Assembly (NCBI GenBank): GCA_963823665.1 | Contig: CAWGMQ010000008.1 | Coordinates: forward strand, 864,001 to 928,000 | Reading direction: 5' to 3' | Source: an uncultured Planctomycetota bacterium | GTDB taxonomy: Bacteria > Planctomycetota > Planctomycetia > Isosphaerales > Isosphaeraceae | DNA: 64,000 bases | Shown: one piece after another, positions 8,663 through 19,413 of the stretch | Layout: each line of letters opens with the position of its first letter | How positions within the stretch are numbered: the stretch's first letter is position 1 | Made by a program: the position numbers and the translations under genes | The notes under the pieces: model-generated | The model's database searches: none | What the model saw: the letters and a program-made list of their open reading frames with translations, nothing else | What the model was told of the DNA's origin: nothing

Positions 8663-10036
8663 ATGGGATACGTTGAGATCCTGCTCATCGCGGGTTTGAT
8701 CATCATCAACGGCTTTTTCGTTTCGGTCGAGTTCGCCCTTGTCAAAGTGCGGACCACCCAGATCGAACAACTGGCGGAGCAGGGCAACTGGGCCGCCAAG
8801 CTGACGAGCAAAGCCCTCGATCGACTCGACTTCTACCTTTCCGCATCGCAGATCGGAATCACCGTCGCCAGCCTCGCACTGGGCCGGGCCATGCACGACT
8901 GGGTCGAGCCCCTCGTGGAATCGAGCCTGCGCGCGATGCACATCCGGGTGACGCCCATCGCGGTCTTCGGGATTTCGATTCCGACCGTGACCATTGTTGC
9001 ACTTACGCTTGTAACGTTCTTGCACATGGCGCTTGGTGAGCAGGCGCCGAAGAACCTGGCGATTCGTGCTCCCCGGCTGGTCGTGCTTCTGACGGCGCCC
9101 CCGCTGGTGATTCTATCGTATGTCTTCTCTCCGGTGATCTGGGTCTTGAACAAGGCCAGCAACTTGACGCTGTGGGTGCTCGGATTGGGGCACACGAGCA
9201 CGGCGGAGCTCGCGCACAGTGAGGAAGAGCTGCGGCTCATCGTGGCCGAGAGCGTTGCGGGCGGGCACCTGTCGCGGAACGAGCGCGAGATGATCGAGAA
9301 CGTGCTGAACCTGGAAGAGAAGACAGCACGACGCGTGATGGTGCCTCGGCCCGACATCGTGTATATGAGTCTGGCGCGGCCGCTCGATGAGAACCTGCGG
9401 GTCGCACGGCAGGCGGGGCACACACGCTTCCCGCTTTGCGAGGACGACCTTTCCACGGTGGTCGGGCTAATCCACGTCAAGGACATCTTCCGTAGCGGCG
9501 CTGGTCAGAACGGTCGCACTGAGCTGCGACAGCTCGCAAGGAAGATTCCGTTCTTCCCGGTCACCTTGCGGCTCGACCAGCTCTTGCTCGAATTCCAGCG
9601 CAATCGCGTTCATCTGGCGATGCTGCTCGATGAGTACGGAAGCGTCGCCGGGATGGTTACTCTGGAAAACGTGCTGGAAGAACTGGTGGGCCCGATCCAG
9701 GATGAATTCGACCGCGAGACGCCGCCGATCACGCCCGTGGGCGACGACACGTACGAGGTCGACGCCTCGTGCCCACTCGACGTCCTCAGCGAAACCTGCC
9801 ACTTGCAATTCCCGGAGACCGATGCCGAGACGGCCGGCGGTCTCGTGCTCGACCTGCTGGGCCGGCTGGGGAAACAGGGCGACAGCGTCACGGTTGACGG
9901 CCATCGCATCATCATCCTCCGCGCCGATCCCACCCGGATCAGACGACTCCGCATCGAGCCCATAGAGACACCGGTCGGAGCCAAGTCGGCCGAAAATGGA
10001 GCCGAGCAGGCGCAAGGGGCAGAGACCCGAGAGTAG
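8663..10036 (+). CDS. Hemolysin/CNNM family protein (DUF21 + CBS pair + CorC_HlyC domain)
   Basis: NGFFVSVEFALV, SQIGITVASLALG, GEQAPK, VMVPR, HTRFP, DEYG...GMVTLENVLEELVGPIQDEFD. Confidence 0.93.
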   Translation: MGYVEILLIAGLIIINGFFVSVEFALVKVRTTQIEQLAEQGNWAAKLTSKALDRLDFYLSASQIGITVASLALGRAMHDWVEPLVESSLRAMHIRVTPIAVFGISIPTVTIVALTLVTFLHMALGEQAPKNLAIRAPRLVVLLTAPPLVILSYVFSPVIWVLNKASNLTLWVLGLGHTSTAELAHSEEELRLIVAESVAGGHLSRNEREMIENVLNLEEKTARRVMVPRPDIVYMSLARPLDENLRVARQAGHTRFPLCEDDLSTVVGLIHVKDIFRSGAGQNGRTELRQLARKIPFFPVTLRLDQLLLEFQRNRVHLAMLLDEYGSVAGMVTLENVLEELVGPIQDEFDRETPPITPVGDDTYEVDASCPLDVLSETCHLQFPETDAETAGGLVLDLLGRLGKQGDSVTVDGHRIIILRADPTRIRRLRIEPIETPVGAKSAENGAEQAQGAETRE

Positions 10037-10185
10037 CGTGAAGGATCTGCGCCGTGGGAAGGAAATTCGCCCGAGCGCACGTCTGCCCCCGGCTCGGTCT
10101 TGCTCCCGCGAATTCCACCAGAGAATCCTCGGTCCGTACCCGATCTCGGATCTCGTCGGTCGAACTCGATCCCGGAGAAAACCCG

Positions 10186-10635
10186 ATGGCACGCGCGCGC
10201 GTTCGCTTTACCATCGCGGGTCTGATGGGCATCGTGCTGCTCGTGGCAATCGCGTTCGCCGCCCTACGAACGGCAAGTGTATTCTGGGCCAGCGCGATGT
10301 TCAGTATCGCGATTGTGAGTGTTTCGGTGGCGCTGGTCAGAACCCTTGTTCTTCAAGGAAAGACGCGCATGCCCTGGGGTTGCTACGCCGCTCTGGGCCT
10401 GGTTTCCCTCTTGCTCTGGTTCTGGGTTGAACCCTTGAACATCGTGACCGCGCCGCCACACTTATTGGTGTCCTGGGCTCTCCAGGCGCTTATGCCTTAT
10501 GTCAACCCGACCGCGGTTGCCGGAGGTGAGGCCTACGTCTGCTACCAACAAATATGCAGCTCACTGGAAGTGATCGTCCTCGGGCTGGTTGGAGCGATCA
10601 TCGGTCGGTTGATTGCCGGAACGGACAAACAATAA
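10186..10635 (+). CDS. Hypothetical membrane protein (RFTIAGLM-type N-terminus)
   Basis: GGAG upstream; MARARVRFTIAGLMGIVLLVAIAFAALR; about 4 TM segments. Confidence 0.75.
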   Translation: MARARVRFTIAGLMGIVLLVAIAFAALRTASVFWASAMFSIAIVSVSVALVRTLVLQGKTRMPWGCYAALGLVSLLLWFWVEPLNIVTAPPHLLVSWALQALMPYVNPTAVAGGEAYVCYQQICSSLEVIVLGLVGAIIGRLIAGTDKQ

Positions 10636-10788
10636 ACCGGACCGGGTCGACCCACGGTGCATCAGCCGCAACGATGATGATCGGGAGGCGGGGGCCTTTC
10701 CGGGAGCGACGGTAGCGGCGAACGCAGTTCTCCAGGAGCCGGCGCTGTCCGGCGATTCCGGATGGTCGCAATGTGCGAAGATCTGGCC

Positions 10789-12343
10789 TTACGTCGTCCG
10801 CGCGATGGCCGGAGACCGCTCCGGAGTCTCGGGGGACGTGTAGTCGAACCACCGCTTGTCGAACTCGATCCGGCGGTTTTGCCGCATCGCCATGTTGCTC
10901 GTCAGCGCGATGATCGCATCCGCCATCGCAACCTCGCCGCGGCAGCGCGGCTGGTGCTCCTTGTCGTCGTGGTAGTGCAAGTGATCGCCGTGCCGCACGC
11001 AGTACGCGAAATGCTCGAGCTCTTCGCGATAGCCTCGCGAGGGCTCTGCCGTCGCCAGTGCAGCCCAGGGCCGTCGCGGCACTGGGGCCGGCGAGACTCG
11101 GGCTGGTCTCGAGCGGCTTCTTCCCCTGGCCCTCGACCGTGACGCTCGTCGTGCGCGACAGGCTCGCGTTGCCGGCCTCCTTGTAGAGCAGGATCTCTTT
11201 CTCCTGGCTGACGATCATCGTCCCCTCCGAGCCCATTACCATCTCGCCGTAGCCATCGAACGAGTTTGTGTTGATCGATGAATACGTGACCACGACCCGG
11301 TCTTTCTCGCCCTTGCCGGGGAACTCGAAAAGCGTGAAGACGTGGTCGTCGACTTCGCGGCCGTCGGTGTAGAAGAACGTGCCGCCGATGCCGGTGACCG
11401 CGATGGGATGTTTCTTGTCGAGGAAGATCGAGCAGGCGTCGAGCTGGTGGCTGCCCAGCTCGGCCATCAATCCGGCCCCGGTGCGGTTGTAGAGCCGCCA
11501 GTTGATCAGCTCGTCCAGGCTCTGATAGTCGTATTTCTTGTAATTGATGTCCTTGTCGAGATCGAGGTGAGTTCGTTTCCAGCTATCGCGGTACACGACC
11601 TTGCCGTTCTCGTCGTGCATGATTTCCGGCTGGCCTGTCTTGGGGTCGAAGATCGGGTTGTTGTTCTTGTCGCGTGCGACCATCGGCGTCGCGTTATTGC
11701 GGTGCCAGAGGGCACGGATGTGGCGAATCTCGCCCAGCACGCCGTTCTTGATCAGGAAATTGGCGTTGTCGTAAAGCGCGGAGTAATGCCGCTGGTGCCC
11801 GACGGCAAGCAGCCGGTTCGTGTCACGGGCAACCCGGCACATCTCCTTGCATTCGGCGACCGAGTGTGCCATCAACTTTTCGGTGAAGACATGCTTACCG
11901 TGTTTCATCGCCTCAATTGCGACCGGCGCGTGCAGCCAGAGGGGAAGCGCAATGACGATCATCTCGACCTCGCGGTCTTCGAGCATCTCCTGCTTGGTGT
12001 CGTACCGCTTGAGCTTTTGCACGTCAGCGGAGGAATATTGCTTGTGATTCGAGAATTCCTTGACGGCCCGTGCCTGCTGGGACGGGCGGATATCGCAATA
12101 GCCGATGAAGTCGAGGTAGTCGCGGTTGTGCGAGCGAATCATCGCCTGACAGCCCTCGTCGCCTGTGCCGATGATCGCCGCCTTGACCGGCGCCTTTCCG
12201 CCCATCCCGTGGTAGCCGAAGTAGAAGGCGCCCAGGGCCGGTGCGGCTGCGGCCGCCTTGAGGACGTCGCGGCGCGAAACGCCGAGTACGCGGTCGGCGT
12301 TTTCACGGCCGAGAACGCGCTGTTCCGGAGTCAAGTTGGTCAT
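10789..12343 (-). CDS. Tat-exported Gfo/Idh/MocA oxidoreductase (frameshift near 11065)
   Basis: SRRDVLK Tat motif, IIGTGDEG, GKHVFTEKLMA, VGHQRHY, ELGSHQLD; C-terminus continues in the 10789..11082 frame (SRGYREELEHFAYCVR). Confidence 0.88.
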
Positions 12344-12431
12344 CGGTGGCTCCTTGAAGTCGAATAAGCTGTTGCGTGGGTTCTTGGCGAGTCAATTCTA
12401 ACGGAGGATTCGCTCTCAGGACGATCATGAT

Positions 12432-13421
12432 TCACGCCGGTTCTTCCGCCGCCACCGCCGCCGGGGCCGCGTCGGTCTGTGGTTGGAGCCGGGCCGCCCG
12501 TGCGGCCAGCCGGCGCCTCCGGCGTGCGCCAAAGAGCAGGGCGTCGAAGCCGACCCAGTGCCCGTTCGGGGTGGTGGCGATCACCAGGCAGGCGAGCATT
12601 TCAACCAGATTCTTGCTGACAATCAGGTAATTGCCCTCGGCCTTCGGATTTGGCGGCACGCCGGGAAGCGGCGGCATGGCGAGGTAGATCATCGCCAGGA
12701 ACGCCGCCGCAGAGAGCGCCGAGAAACGCGTGAACAAACCCGCCATCATGCACAACCCGATTGCGACCAGCCCGAACATGGTCAGGCGGTTGATCACGTC
12801 GAGGCCGGTCATCGGTGCACCGGGGGAGCCGGCCGATTTCACCTGCTCGGGGCTCGCCACCTTTGCGATAATGGCATCCCGCAGTTCCTTCTGATGTTCA
12901 ATGAGCGGCGAGATCAGTGCGCGGCGGTCGGCCTCCAGGGGGCGGCGGCCGTCGTTGACCCGCTCTTTCTGGTACGAGAGCGACTCCGGATTCAACTCGG
13001 TCTGATCCGTTTCTTGCACGTCGTGCTCATACTTCCGCAGCTTCTCGACGTTTTCCTTGTCGTTGAACCAGTAAGTTGCCCACTGAAGATTCTCCTCCAG
13101 GATCGTCTGAGCCTTCTTTTGCTGCTCCTGATCAAATCCGAAATGACGAGAGATCCTTGAAACGTCGGCGGTCCACTCGGCTTTCAGCCTGTTTGGTTTA
13201 AGCTGAGCCAGGCTGTCGACGTCCGGAATCATCTGCCGGAAATAAGGCGCGAACGGGCCTTGCGCGTTCCGCAGATAGATCTCCGCCGAGAACGGCTCCT
13301 TGCCGCCGCTGTAAGTCGACGAAACCTTCTCAGCGCCCTCGTGCAGGAAATGCCAGCCAATCGCGATCCGCAAGAGAACGATGAAAAGGGCCGCGAGAAA
13401 TCCCGGATAATACCGCGACAT
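12432..13421 (-). CDS. DoxX family membrane protein
   Basis: LLRIAIGWHFLHEGAEK, GLCMMAGLFTRFSAL, EGNYLIVSKNLVE, GFDAL. Confidence 0.85.
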   Translation of the reverse strand: MSRYYPGFLAALFIVLLRIAIGWHFLHEGAEKVSSTYSGGKEPFSAEIYLRNAQGPFAPYFRQMIPDVDSLAQLKPNRLKAEWTADVSRISRHFGFDQEQQKKAQTILEENLQWATYWFNDKENVEKLRKYEHDVQETDQTELNPESLSYQKERVNDGRRPLEADRRALISPLIEHQKELRDAIIAKVASPEQVKSAGSPGAPMTGLDVINRLTMFGLVAIGLCMMAGLFTRFSALSAAAFLAMIYLAMPPLPGVPPNPKAEGNYLIVSKNLVEMLACLVIATTPNGHWVGFDALLFGARRRRRLAARAARLQPQTDAAPAAVAAEEPA

Positions 13422-13463
13422 GGACCCAGCAGCCTCCGAGTTACTCATCAATCGAAACACCTA

Positions 13464-14520
13464 TCAGTTTACCGTGTAGTCTGCCCGGACAAAATCATTC
13501 TCGCCAAGGCCGAAGACGCGAATTCGCGGGAACGCCTCCGGCGAAGCGCTTTTTTCGACGATCGCCACGCCGACTTCCGGATGATCTGCCGTGTAAGACC
13601 GCGCGGCTTCCGGGCCGAGTAGATAAAATGCGGTGGAAAGAGCATCGGCCATCGCCGCGGACGGCGCCAGCACCGTCACGCTGGCGGGCCCTTGGGCCGG
13701 CTCTCCCGACCGCGGATCGATGATGTGGCCGTAAACCTTGCCGTCGACCACAAATTGCTGGAACGCGGACCCAGAAGTCCCGAGCCCACGGTTCCGCAGA
13801 CGGAAAATCCCGAGAGGCTTCTCCGGTTCGAACGGATTTCGCAATGCCACCTCCCACCGGCCGGCAAACTGACCCGGGGGCGAGCCGAGCGCATAGAGGC
13901 TCGACTGCCCGCCATGCACAATCGCCGAATCGATCAGAGAGTGATCGCGAATCAGCTCGATCGCACGGTCGATCGCATAGCCCTTGCCGATGCTCCCCAG
14001 ATTGATCCGAACCCCAAGGCGGTCGAACGCGACGGTCGAACTTGCGGGGTCAAGCCGCAGGTGCCGCCAGCCCGTGCGAGCGCGAGCTTCCTTGCAGCGC
14101 CAGCGCATCTGGCACCCGCTTCGGCCCCTTGACGAAGCCCCAGGCTTCAGACAGGGCGCCTGAAGTGACATCATAGGCGCCGGCCGAGTCGCGGCTGATC
14201 TCCACCGCCGATTCCAAGAGACTGAATAGCCGCCGCTCGACTCGCACCGGTCCTAGATGGGCAGTCCGGTTCAGTTCGCTGATCTCCGAGTCGTCGCGAT
14301 AGACTGTCATCTGCAGTTCCAGCTCCTCGATCAAGTCGAGCGCACGGCACGAAAGGCCAACCGCGTTCGACATTGTCGCCGGCAGCCGGACCTCGAAAAA
14401 AGATCCCATCGCCGGACGATGCGCGCGAATGAGATCGGACCTGGCCGGGCGGGGTTCGCCGCACCGGAGATCCCCGGGGCGGTCAGCCGTACGCCGACGC
14501 AGGAGGTCGCGGCGATTCAC
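13464..14520 (-). CDS. apbE: FAD:protein FMN transferase (frameshift near 14095)
   Basis: AMGSFFEV, SEISELN, GAYDVTSGAL, INLGSIGKGYAID, GTSG, YGHIIDPRSG, ADALSTA spread over two frames. Confidence 0.88.
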
Positions 14521-14743
14521 GCCGGAACGAAGCCGTTTCACGAGAAAGCTCGCCGATGCCAAGGTGGGTCAAAAGCGAATGGACCATTCAAGTATATCGT
14601 GACAGGAGCCTGATCTCCATCTGGTCTTCGCCCGAGCCAGGAAGCGGTCAATACCGGATCACAAATTGCGCGCGTCCGCCACGAGTGACCTAGAATTACC
14701 AGAGAGAGCGTTCGTCGGGAGGAAACGTGGCGGCGAGACTGTG

Positions 14744-16210
14744 ATGGTCGCGAACTTCACTCGGTTCATGCGTCTCGTACCGGCACCGGCTGACGCCGTC
14801 TTCTGCTTTGTGCTCGGCCTCATCCTGCTCGGGGGCCGACATGGACTGCTGAATGACCCCGGCACGCCGTGGCACTTGCAGTTGGGCCGGCAAATCATCG
14901 CGTCGGGAGAGGTGCCGCGCTCGGATACGCTCACTTTCACCCGTACTGGCGTGCCCTGGGTCGACCAGTCGTGGGCGTTCGACGTCTTGCTCGCGCTGCT
15001 CGTGGACCACTGGGGCTGGTCGGCCGCGGTCGCGCTGGCCGCCCTGGGCCTGGCTTGGCTCTACCGCACGATGACGCGTGACTTGATTCGTGACGGGGTC
15101 TCCCCGGTGATCGCTGCGGTCGTCTCGGTCTTCGCCGTCTGCATTGGCGCGATCCACTTCCTGTTGCGCCCGCATCTCTTCACGTTCGCCTTCGTGTATC
15201 TGGCCCTTCGCGCCTGTCAGGCCCAGCACGAGCGCGGGGGATGGGCGGTCCTAAAAGTAACGATTTACACCCTGCTCCTCGCCAATCTGCATGGCGGCTT
15301 CGTCGCTCTGCCCCTGATCGTGGCCACCGCGGGACTTGGGCATGCTCTTTCAGGTTCGTGGGACGCCGCACGGCAGCAGAACACGGCAAGATTCGGGCTA
15401 GGGTTCCTCGCGTGCTGCCTGGCTGCCTTTGTCAATCCGTACGGAATCGGGCTCTACCGTCACGTGGTGGGTTTGCTCTGGTCGAGTGGAGTGACCAGCC
15501 TGATCATCGAGTATCAGCCCCCGCATTTCGGCACGCCCGAGGCCCAGGTGCTGGAGTGGGTGCTGCTGGCGCTCGTTGGTTTGCCGGTGGTCTCGGCCAG
15601 TCGCGTGAACCGTTATCAACTGTGCCACGTGCTGGTCTGGCTGCACCTTGCGCTCGCGTCGATCAGAAATGCTCCTCTCTTCGCGTTGGTGGCCGCTCCG
15701 GCGCTCGCGATCTTGATCGACGGCATGCCGCTTTCGTTGCGCTCGGCCTGGAAACGAGCCGAGCGCCCGCCGCTCCTTCCGGTTCTCGCAACGTACGGCG
15801 TGCTGTTTCTGGTGATGGGTGGCGTGACCATCGGTGGTTTTGACCGCAAGAAATGGCCCCTGAGCGCGCTGGGTGCTCTGAATCGTGAGCCAACCGGCTC
15901 ACGGCTGTTCCACGAGCAAGATTGGGGCGGCCTGATCGCCGCCGAGTGCCGGCCCGAGCGCCGGTCGTACCTGGACGACCGATTCGAGCTATTCGGGAAA
16001 GAAGCGATCCTCGAATACATTGATGTACTCTCGGGTGGCCCTGCGTGGGATACTGTGCGCGCCCGCGACCGCATCGACATGGTCTGGCTGCGCCCGGAAC
16101 GCGGTCTGGCCAAGCGACTGTTGCACGACCCCGGTTGGAATGTCGTCTATCGCGACAAAGTGTCGGTCCTCTTGAAGCAAGCACGGACTCCGCGAGTTGC
16201 GTCGCGCTAG
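14744..16210 (+). CDS. Polytopic membrane protein, GT-C glycosyltransferase-like
   Basis: DPGTPWHLQLGRQI, WVDQSWAFD, RPHLFT, ANLHGGF, NPYG, EYQPP, DDRFELFG; more than 10 TM segments. Confidence 0.7.
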   Translation: MVANFTRFMRLVPAPADAVFCFVLGLILLGGRHGLLNDPGTPWHLQLGRQIIASGEVPRSDTLTFTRTGVPWVDQSWAFDVLLALLVDHWGWSAAVALAALGLAWLYRTMTRDLIRDGVSPVIAAVVSVFAVCIGAIHFLLRPHLFTFAFVYLALRACQAQHERGGWAVLKVTIYTLLLANLHGGFVALPLIVATAGLGHALSGSWDAARQQNTARFGLGFLACCLAAFVNPYGIGLYRHVVGLLWSSGVTSLIIEYQPPHFGTPEAQVLEWVLLALVGLPVVSASRVNRYQLCHVLVWLHLALASIRNAPLFALVAAPALAILIDGMPLSLRSAWKRAERPPLLPVLATYGVLFLVMGGVTIGGFDRKKWPLSALGALNREPTGSRLFHEQDWGGLIAAECRPERRSYLDDRFELFGKEAILEYIDVLSGGPAWDTVRARDRIDMVWLRPERGLAKRLLHDPGWNVVYRDKVSVLLKQARTPRVASR

Positions 16211-16247
16211 CCGGCCGTTCGGATGCGCTCCATCCAATTCCGTGGCA

Positions 16248-17678
16248 TCATCCGTTTTCTTTGTTCGCCTCGGGCTTCGAGGCCGGCTTGTCCTTGGGCT
16301 TCTTTTCTGCTTTGAGTGCGATCCGCACGGCCTGTATCAGCTCGTCCGGAAGTGGGATTGTCCATTCGCTCGCCTGCCCGAGCCGTGCCACGAAGCTGGC
16401 ATCCGCCCGTTCCCAGTACTCCGGCGGTGGCTCGATGATCGATGGGCCTTCCTCCTTCGCTCGTGGCGATTTTGGGTTCCCGCTCGAATCAAGCGATCCA
16501 GCCGCGGAATCGCGTTGACCTTGACGACGCGCGGGAGGTCTCGCGCCCGCCACGAGCTCGAATCGCCTTCGACCGGGCTGAACGTCCGGCACACGCCGCC
16601 AAACCGCCAGTCCCACGAGCCCGTAATTGCCGACTTGCAGAAGCGCCGGTGAACCTCGAGGCGCTGGCCCGTCGAGACGATCCTCACGCAGATCGAGAAA
16701 CGCTCCTTCACGGTGCCCGATCGCGTCGACTCGGGGCTCTGCCCCGATCGGCTTGAACGTGGTGATTGCGTCCGATGGGCCGAGGATCACGGATTGAAAC
16801 GGCCAGCTCGGGAGCGATTCACTCGGCATCCAACGCGTGCCGTCGGCTGTTTCCAGGTAGCAAAACCGCAGGGTCATGGCAAGCACGAGCGCCTCGGTCT
16901 CGAGATCAGCCGGCCAAGGGCATCGCAGCCGCACGCCCACATTCGTCGCCTTGCTCGACGGGCAAACGATTAGCTTGTCGACAGCTTCGTCCGGTTGAAT
17001 ATCGATATTCACGGACGCGGTAAGCTTTCCATCGGCCCTGTTCCGAGTGATACCGCACCAGCAGACACCGGGGTGCAGCAAGCCAAACTCGGCCACGCCG
17101 GCCTGATTTGTTTCGCGCAACACGGGATTGGGAATCTGCTCGCCCCAAAGGTTCAGCGACGCGCCGGCCAAGGGTGCTCCCTGAGCGCTCTCTTCTCTAA
17201 CCGAGACGCGCACCTGATTCCAGTCCGGCGAGCGCGGGTGTTTGATCGCTTCGGTCATCTGCTGTAACCGCTTGAGCATCTCGCGCTCCCGCACAGCGGC
17301 TTCGGCCGCACTGGCGTGGGCTAGCGCAACTTGCTCGGCTGCGATTCGCTGGGCCTGGATCGATTGCTGCCATAACAGTCCGACGAGGGCCAAACAGACC
17401 ACCGTCGCCAGCACAGACGAACCGACCAGCACACGTTGAGCCATGATCTTCCCCCTCATCGCATCGAGCCACAGCCGGCAAGCCACCGCAGCCGGATCGC
17501 CGAAATGTTCGAGAACTTGATGCCGCGCAACCGATGAATCCGCTCCCCTCAAGATCTCACGATGATAGGAACACACCAGGTGGTCGTTCAGCTCGTCGAG
17601 AATGTCCTGCCTCAACCGCGCAGGCTCATCCGGCCGGGGCCGCGGGAGCTGTGCGGAGAGACTGTCTCGAAAATCCAT
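16248..17678 (-). CDS. PadR-associated membrane-anchored protein (permease-prefix-like N-terminus)
   Basis: RQDILDELNDHL...FGDPAAVA motif, one TM, coiled coil, beta-sandwich region; directly downstream of padR. Confidence 0.75.
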   Translation of the reverse strand: MDFRDSLSAQLPRPRPDEPARLRQDILDELNDHLVCSYHREILRGADSSVARHQVLEHFGDPAAVACRLWLDAMRGKIMAQRVLVGSSVLATVVCLALVGLLWQQSIQAQRIAAEQVALAHASAAEAAVREREMLKRLQQMTEAIKHPRSPDWNQVRVSVREESAQGAPLAGASLNLWGEQIPNPVLRETNQAGVAEFGLLHPGVCWCGITRNRADGKLTASVNIDIQPDEAVDKLIVCPSSKATNVGVRLRCPWPADLETEALVLAMTLRFCYLETADGTRWMPSESLPSWPFQSVILGPSDAITTFKPIGAEPRVDAIGHREGAFLDLREDRLDGPAPRGSPALLQVGNYGLVGLAVWRRVPDVQPGRRRFELVAGARPPARRQGQRDSAAGSLDSSGNPKSPRAKEEGPSIIEPPPEYWERADASFVARLGQASEWTIPLPDELIQAVRIALKAEKKPKDKPASKPEANKENG

Positions 17679-17680
17679 GA

Positions 17681-18022
17681 TCAGCCGCCGTTCAAAGCGA
17701 GCCGGCTCGTACCCAGCACGCCGTTTACCCCCGCCGCGAAGCTCTGCCATGAGCGCTTCCGCGCAGCCAGCTCGGTGCGACCCACTTGCGTCAGCTCATA
17801 ATATTTTCGCCGCCGCCCGTCAGCCTCTCGCCAGGACGATCGCAACAGGTTCTGTCGCTCCAGCCGGTGCAGCGCAGGATACAGAGATCCCTCCTTCAGC
17901 TCGAAATACCCTCCAGATCGCTCGCCGACCGTCTGCGCAAGCGCATACCCATACGTCGGCCCCTCACTGGCCACCTCCAGAATCAACATCTCCACCGCAC
18001 TTCCCAGAAATTGGGAGTCCAT
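17681..18022 (-). CDS. PadR family transcriptional regulator
   Basis: YGYALAQ, EGSLYPALHRLE, RRRKYYELT. Confidence 0.92.
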   Translation of the reverse strand: MDSQFLGSAVEMLILEVASEGPTYGYALAQTVGERSGGYFELKEGSLYPALHRLERQNLLRSSWREADGRRRKYYELTQVGRTELAARKRSWQSFAAGVNGVLGTSRLALNGG

Positions 18023-18033
18023 ACCTCGACCTC

Positions 18034-18058
18034 CTATGCATTACTATCTAATACATAG
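18034..18058. promoter_or_regulatory. Inverted repeat CTATGCATTA-N5-TAATACATAG, probable PadR operator
   Basis: 9/10 palindromic arms immediately upstream of padR; TTGACT on the minus strand at 18080-18075. Confidence 0.6.
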
Positions 18059-18195
18059 AGCTTCGAGGTATCGAAGTCAAGAAAGGGATAGCGGGTTTTT
18101 GTGCGATCTCACTCCAACGCGACCGCCTCGCAGCGCAGCGTCGAGCGATGGCAGTCGAACCCTCGTCACGAGACTGCGAGTCAGGGCAGGGGCCC

Positions 18196-19401
18196 CTACT
18201 TCGACTTGGTGAGATTCTCGAAGAGGTAAAGTCCGCTCTTCCCGGGGCAAACCAGGTCGATATCCCCGTCGCCATCGATATCCACGGCGGTCACCTGCAA
18301 CCCAGTGCCGGCCGTTCCGGGTGGAAAGTCCTTGAGCGCAAGGCGTTCTTCCTTCTTCGCCGAAGCGTTCTTCGCGGCCTCACCCTGGAAGATCACGTGC
18401 CGGACCCAGCCCTTCGTCTGCGCGTCGAAGTGGTACCAGGCGATGACCGAGCCGTCGGTGTCGCCCGGCTCTACCTCGTGCGCATAGACTCGCTTGCCCG
18501 TAACCAGCTCGAGCGCTTTGCCGTCGCCGTCGATGTCCGCCCACAGAAGCGTGTGGACCGAAGCAATCGAGCTATCGACAGTCCCCTTGGTCCACGTGCG
18601 CTCGCCGCTGGCGCTCTTGCCCTGGCGAAGCCAGAACAGGCCATAGTCGTGCCCCATGCCATAGACTACGTCCGAAAGCCCGTCGCCGTCGACGTCGCGC
18701 GCCAGCATCTGGATGCCCGTCGCTCCCGCCTGCCATTCCGGGTGCCAGACCCAACTGTCATGCGCTGGGTCAGCCGGAGCCTCGAACCAGCCCTTGGGTG
18801 TGAGCAGGTCGGTGCGGCCATCGCCGTTCACATCGCCTGAGCCTACCCCATGGCCGGCGGCCTCCTTGCCGAAATCGTGCTTCTTGAGCTCGTGCCCCTT
18901 CCCATCGGCGCTTTTCTTGACCTCGTACCAAACAACCGTGTTCACAGTGTTGGGCAGGACGTCCGGCACCATGTCGCCCGAAAGGTCGACCATCCAGGCC
19001 GCCTCGATGTTGCCGGGCTTGTCGATCTCATGATAGGTCCAGGCTGCGCCAGGCTTCCCGGGGTTCTCCACCCAACCGACATCTTGGCCAAAATAAGAGC
19101 ATGTGATGAAGTCGATATTCCCGTCGCCGTTGATGTCGAGCGGAAGAGTTGCAAAATCATTGTAGTACGTGCCGACCCGGGTCACCTCACGGACCGGAAA
19201 AGCCTTCCATGCGGGGGCTTGGTACCAACTCGCGCCCGAGACGATGTCGAGCTGCCCGTCGTTATCGACATCCATCACACCAGCCGCCTCGAATTCGCTC
19301 CGGCCATTGATCGTGTGGAGCTTCCATTTCGGGTCGTCGGCCCGCGCAGCGGCGGCACAACCAAGCAGAACAACGGAAACCAGCGCTCTTGATCGCATCA
19401 T
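18196..19401 (-). CDS. Secreted FG-GAP/VCBS repeat protein
   Basis: Signal peptide; repeated DVDNDGQLD, DINGDGNID, DVNGDGRTD, DVDGDGLSD, DIDGDGDID. Confidence 0.9.
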   Translation of the reverse strand: MMRSRALVSVVLLGCAAAARADDPKWKLHTINGRSEFEAAGVMDVDNDGQLDIVSGASWYQAPAWKAFPVREVTRVGTYYNDFATLPLDINGDGNIDFITCSYFGQDVGWVENPGKPGAAWTYHEIDKPGNIEAAWMVDLSGDMVPDVLPNTVNTVVWYEVKKSADGKGHELKKHDFGKEAAGHGVGSGDVNGDGRTDLLTPKGWFEAPADPAHDSWVWHPEWQAGATGIQMLARDVDGDGLSDVVYGMGHDYGLFWLRQGKSASGERTWTKGTVDSSIASVHTLLWADIDGDGKALELVTGKRVYAHEVEPGDTDGSVIAWYHFDAQTKGWVRHVIFQGEAAKNASAKKEERLALKDFPPGTAGTGLQVTAVDIDGDGDIDLVCPGKSGLYLFENLTKSK

Positions 19402-19413
19402 TGATTTGCTCTC

